Shown here: piece by piece, positions 61,101 to 64,000 of the stretch
How positions within the stretch are numbered: the first letter of the stretch is position 1
Layout of the letters: the number at the start of each line of letters is the position of its first letter
DNA from: an uncultured Planctomycetota bacterium
GTDB lineage: Bacteria; Planctomycetota; Planctomycetia; Gemmatales; Gemmataceae
Length of the DNA: 64,000 nucleotides
Assembly: GCA_963849325.1 (NCBI GenBank)
Contig: CAWKHF010000005.1
Location: forward strand, 128,001 to 192,000
Direction of reading: 5' to 3'
Made by a program: the position numbers and the translations under genes
The notes under the pieces: generated by a model
What the model was told of the DNA's origin: nothing
Database searches by the model: none
Seen by the model: only the letters and a program-made list of their open reading frames with translations

Positions 61101-64000
61101 TCAGCGCCAGTCGCCGGAGAGGACGAAGGCGGCCCAGACGTAGGGCGGCGGCGATCCCTCCCGCGTCAGGCGCTTCAGCCCGCCACGGGGCTTCCAGTTG
61201 TCCAGCATCCATAATTGCGCCTGCCGCATCGCCTCCGCCTTGGCCATCGGCTTGTCCGACCACACGAGACGATAGAACTCCCGCATGAGCTGATGGGTCT
61301 CCTCATCGGGCACGCTCCACAGGCTGGCCGCCACGCTGCGCGCTCCTGCCAGCTGGAAGGCACGCTGCAAGCCCAGCACGCCCTCGCCGCCGGCCACCTG
61401 TCCCCGGCCAGTCTCGCAGGCGCTGAGCACCACCAGCTCCACCTTGCCCAGGTCCAGCTCGCCGGCCTCCAGCGCCGTCAGGATCGTCTCTTCGGGCCGT
61501 CGATCCGTGCGGTTGACACCGGCGAACACCACGCCCGACAGCAAGCCGGGATGCCGCCCCGTGGCCTCGACGCGCAGCCGCAGGCCGTCACGCAGCAGCG
61601 CGGCCCTCTGAGCTACATCCAGGGCGGACTTCTCGGATTCCGCCGCGAAGAAGCCGTGCGTGGCCAGATGCACGAAGCGATGCGACGGGACCGCGGCCAG
61701 AATGGCTTGCTTGGTGGCCCTGTCCTTGCGCAGCACCTTGGGCGCGGGGGCATCGGGGAAGGTGTCCTCAAACTGGGCGCGCAGGTCGTTGACCTCGCTT
61801 TCCGAGCCGGGCAACCTCTTGAACAGAGGCAGCGGTGGCAGCTTGCCGGGGCGGATTTCGCTGTCGGCGGCTTTTCGCTCGCCGAAGTCGATGCCGCCCG
61901 CCAGCAGCAGAGACGGCTGTTCTCCGGGCGGCCGCGGCTGGCGGCGCAGCAACTGGGGGAGCAGTTGAGGAACGGGGATGGTGGCAAAGGTGTACTCGTG
62001 GACCAGGAACTTACCTGGCTCGGCGCCGGGCAGGGCGGCCAGCGGCAGGCCGTGCAGCGGGCCGTCCGGCGACACCAGCACGACTTTCACGCCCTTGAGG
62101 TGTTTCGCCAGCGGTTCCCACAGGTGCTGGCGCAACTCCGCCGCGGGATCGCCCGTGCCTTCGAGGGGCATCTTGCCGGCACCGTAGCTGGCGCGCCAGC
62201 GGTCGATCCGCTGGGCCATGAGCCGCGACACCCCCAGCGGCACGATGGTGACAGCCTTCTGCCCCGGCCGCACTACGAAGGCGAGCAGTCGTCGTTCGCT
62301 GGACGGTTCGCCATCCCTCGTGGCCGGGGCCGTCCAGTGGAGATAATCAACGAAGTCCAGCAGGGCCACATCGCCGGCCTTGCCGAGGGCGGCGCGGATG
62401 TCATCGGCTTGCAAGTGCGTCTGTTCCTGTAAGGCGCTGTAAACGGCGCTGCGGTCGCTCAACTGCCGCTCGATTTGGGCGCGTTCCTCCGAGAGGCTCC
62501 GGATTCGGGCGGCCGCGGCCTGCGGCTGGTTGCCTGACGCTCCTGGCTGGTCGGATACGGACAGTCCGGTCAGTTGCCGGTTGATGTCGCGCAGTCGGGC
62601 GATCAGGCGAGCGGTGTCGGGATCCTTGGTATCGCGGAGTAGCCGGGCCAAGCGTTGCTGGGTGGTGACGGAGCCTTTGACGTGGACGACGCGCGTGTAG
62701 AGTTGGTCGGGTTCGGCGTCCCTAGTTAGTGATGCCGGGAGCAGAAGATCGAGGCAGCCGGAGGTGAGTGCAGCCGTCGTGAACTGTTCCTGTTCGGCCT
62801 GGGCCACTGCGAGGCGAAGTTGCTCGGCGTGGTAGAGATCCGTGGCCTCAGCCAGAGCCAGCGTAGCTTGCTGGAGATCTCTTCCCGAAATCAAAGTCAC
62901 AATTCCCAGATTGTAGAGGCTTAGTGCGATGTCGGGATGGTCGGGAGGCAGGGTCTTGCGACGGATGGCCAGTGCTTCCTCAAGGCTCTTCTTGGCCGCC
63001 GCGTACTCCCGCAGCACATCCTGTAGGCATCCTAGGTTGTTGAGGCTTAGTGCGATGTCGGGGTGGTCGGGAGGGAGCGCCTTGCGGTAGATGGCCAGCG
63101 CTTCCTCATAGCTCTTCTTGGCCGCCGCGTACTCCCGCAGCTCCTGCTGCACATTCCCGAGGTTATTGAGACTCTTGGCGATGTCGGGGTGGTCGGGAGG
63201 GAGCGCCTTGCGGTAGATGGCCAGCGCCTCCCCATGACTCTTCCGGGCCGCCGCGTACTCCCGCAGATCCCGCTGCACAACCCCCAGGTTGTTGAGGCTT
63301 TCGGCGATGTCGGGATGGTCGGGAGGCAGGGCCTTGCGGTAGATGGCCAACGCCTCTTCGTGGCTCTTCCGGGCCGCCGCGTACTCCCGCAACTCTTGTT
63401 GCACGAATCCCAGGTTGTTGAGGCTTTCGGCGATGTCGGGATGGTCGGGAGGGAGCGTCTTACGGTAGATGACCAGTGCCTCCCCATAGCTCTTTCGGGC
63501 CGCCACGTATTCCCGCAGCTCCTGCTGCACAAGCCCTAGATTGTTGAGGCATATGGCAGTATTGAGATGGTCGGGGGGCAGGGCCTTGCGGCAGATGGCC
63601 AGCGCTTCCTGATAGCTCTTCCTGGCCGCCATGTACTCCCGCTGTTCCTTCTGCACAAGTCCTAGGTTGTGGAGACTGTTGGCGATATTGGGATGGTCCG
63701 GGGGCAGCGCCTTGCGGCGGATGGCCAGTGCTTCCTCGTAGCTCTTTCGGGCCGCCGCGTTCTCTCGTAGATACCACTGCACAAGCCCCAGGTGGTTGAG
63801 ACATATGGCGGTGTGGGGGTGGTCGGGCGGCAGTGCCTTACGGTAGATAGCCAGCGCCTCCTCATAACTCTTCCTGGCAGCCGCGTACTCCCGCAGATCC
63901 CGCTGCCCATTCCCGAGGTTGTGAAGGCTGTCGGCGATGCGGGGGTGGTCCGGGGGCAAAACCTTGCGCCGCATAACCACCGCCTGCTCGTTGGACTCCT
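61101..64000 (-). CDS. TPR (42-aa kinesin-light-chain type) plus CHAT protease protein, 5' end outside the window
   Basis: At least 8 repeats of ALPPDHPDIA.SLNNLG...EYAAA.KS.EEALAI; CHAT motifs SPDGPL..LP.AAL, VHLATHG, LSACETG, ASLWSV.D, WAAFVLSGD. Confidence 0.93.
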   Translation of the reverse strand, partial: ESNEQAVVMRRKVLPPDHPRIADSLHNLGNGQRDLREYAAARKSYEEALAIYRKALPPDHPHTAICLNHLGLVQWYLRENAAARKSYEEALAIRRKALPPDHPNIANSLHNLGLVQKEQREYMAARKSYQEALAICRKALPPDHLNTAICLNNLGLVQQELREYVAARKSYGEALVIYRKTLPPDHPDIAESLNNLGFVQQELREYAAARKSHEEALAIYRKALPPDHPDIAESLNNLGVVQRDLREYAAARKSHGEALAIYRKALPPDHPDIAKSLNNLGNVQQELREYAAAKKSYEEALAIYRKALPPDHPDIALSLNNLGCLQDVLREYAAAKKSLEEALAIRRKTLPPDHPDIALSLYNLGIVTLISGRDLQQATLALAEATDLYHAEQLRLAVAQAEQEQFTTAALTSGCLDLLLPASLTRDAEPDQLYTRVVHVKGSVTTQQRLARLLRDTKDPDTARLIARLRDINRQLTGLSVSDQPGASGNQPQAAAARIRSLSEERAQIERQLSDRSAVYSALQEQTHLQADDIRAALGKAGDVALLDFVDYLHWTAPATRDGEPSSERRLLAFVVRPGQKAVTIVPLGVSRLMAQRIDRWRASYGAGKMPLEGTGDPAAELRQHLWEPLAKHLKGVKVVLVSPDGPLHGLPLAALPGAEPGKFLVHEYTFATIPVPQLLPQLLRRQPRPPGEQPSLLLAGGIDFGERKAADSEIRPGKLPPLPLFKRLPGSESEVNDLRAQFEDTFPDAPAPKVLRKDRATKQAILAAVPSHRFVHLATHGFFAAESEKSALDVAQRAALLRDGLRLRVEATGRHPGLLSGVVFAGVNRTDRRPEETILTALEAGELDLGKVELVVLSACETGRGQVAGGEGVLGLQRAFQLAGARSVAASLWSVPDEETHQLMREFYRLVWSDKPMAKAEAMRQAQLWMLDNWKPRGGLKRLTREGSPPPYVWAAFVLSGDWR

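Noticed and set aside
62900-64000. 126-bp tandem repeats as a non-coding array or DGR-type repeat
   Set aside because: They are in-frame 42-aa TPR units of the CHAT protein; no reverse transcriptase is present and I saw no adenine-specific variation.

Overview
High-GC bacterial DNA that looks planctomycete (Gemmataceae-like). This is inferred from the LExLExRxxP N-terminal leaders, the palindromic repeat families and the gene content. Scattered 1-2 bp indels break even housekeeping genes and are most likely long-read errors. Left end: partial rex, divergent parB, tRNA-Pro(UGG). The main feature (2.1-32.6 kb, minus strand) is a tandem array of eight paralogous ~850-1110 aa Gly/Asn/Thr-rich exported proteins plus one related protein with Ig-like repeats. 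The paralogs share a layout: leader, beta-helix-like coils with GGx inserts, a DQRG...DIGA domain, a pure (Pro-Thr)n stalk and a conserved ~55-aa C-terminal domain. One member has a (His-Asp)n tail instead of the stalk and C-terminal domain. A conserved 28-bp hairpin follows every member, at a near-invariant 27-28 nt from the current or ancestral stop codon. Upstream lie two co-oriented TPR-sulfotransferases, one behind a near-consensus sigma70 promoter, and a divergent JmjC hydroxylase. Together these are a candidate surface-protein modification and display system (inference). Next come asnS, a CYTH protein, an FHA/Ser-Thr kinase/ECF sigma module, cstA, an EEP nuclease, two tatA genes and tRNA-Val(CAC). 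The right end is a block with an exported Ppx/GppA-like protein, a trypsin-HEAT-caspase fusion, a caspase lipoprotein and a TPR-CHAT protein. Two IS5-like MITEs and many REP-like palindromes are present, one of them translated in frame inside the kinase. All family calls were made by eye from motifs; no database search was run.
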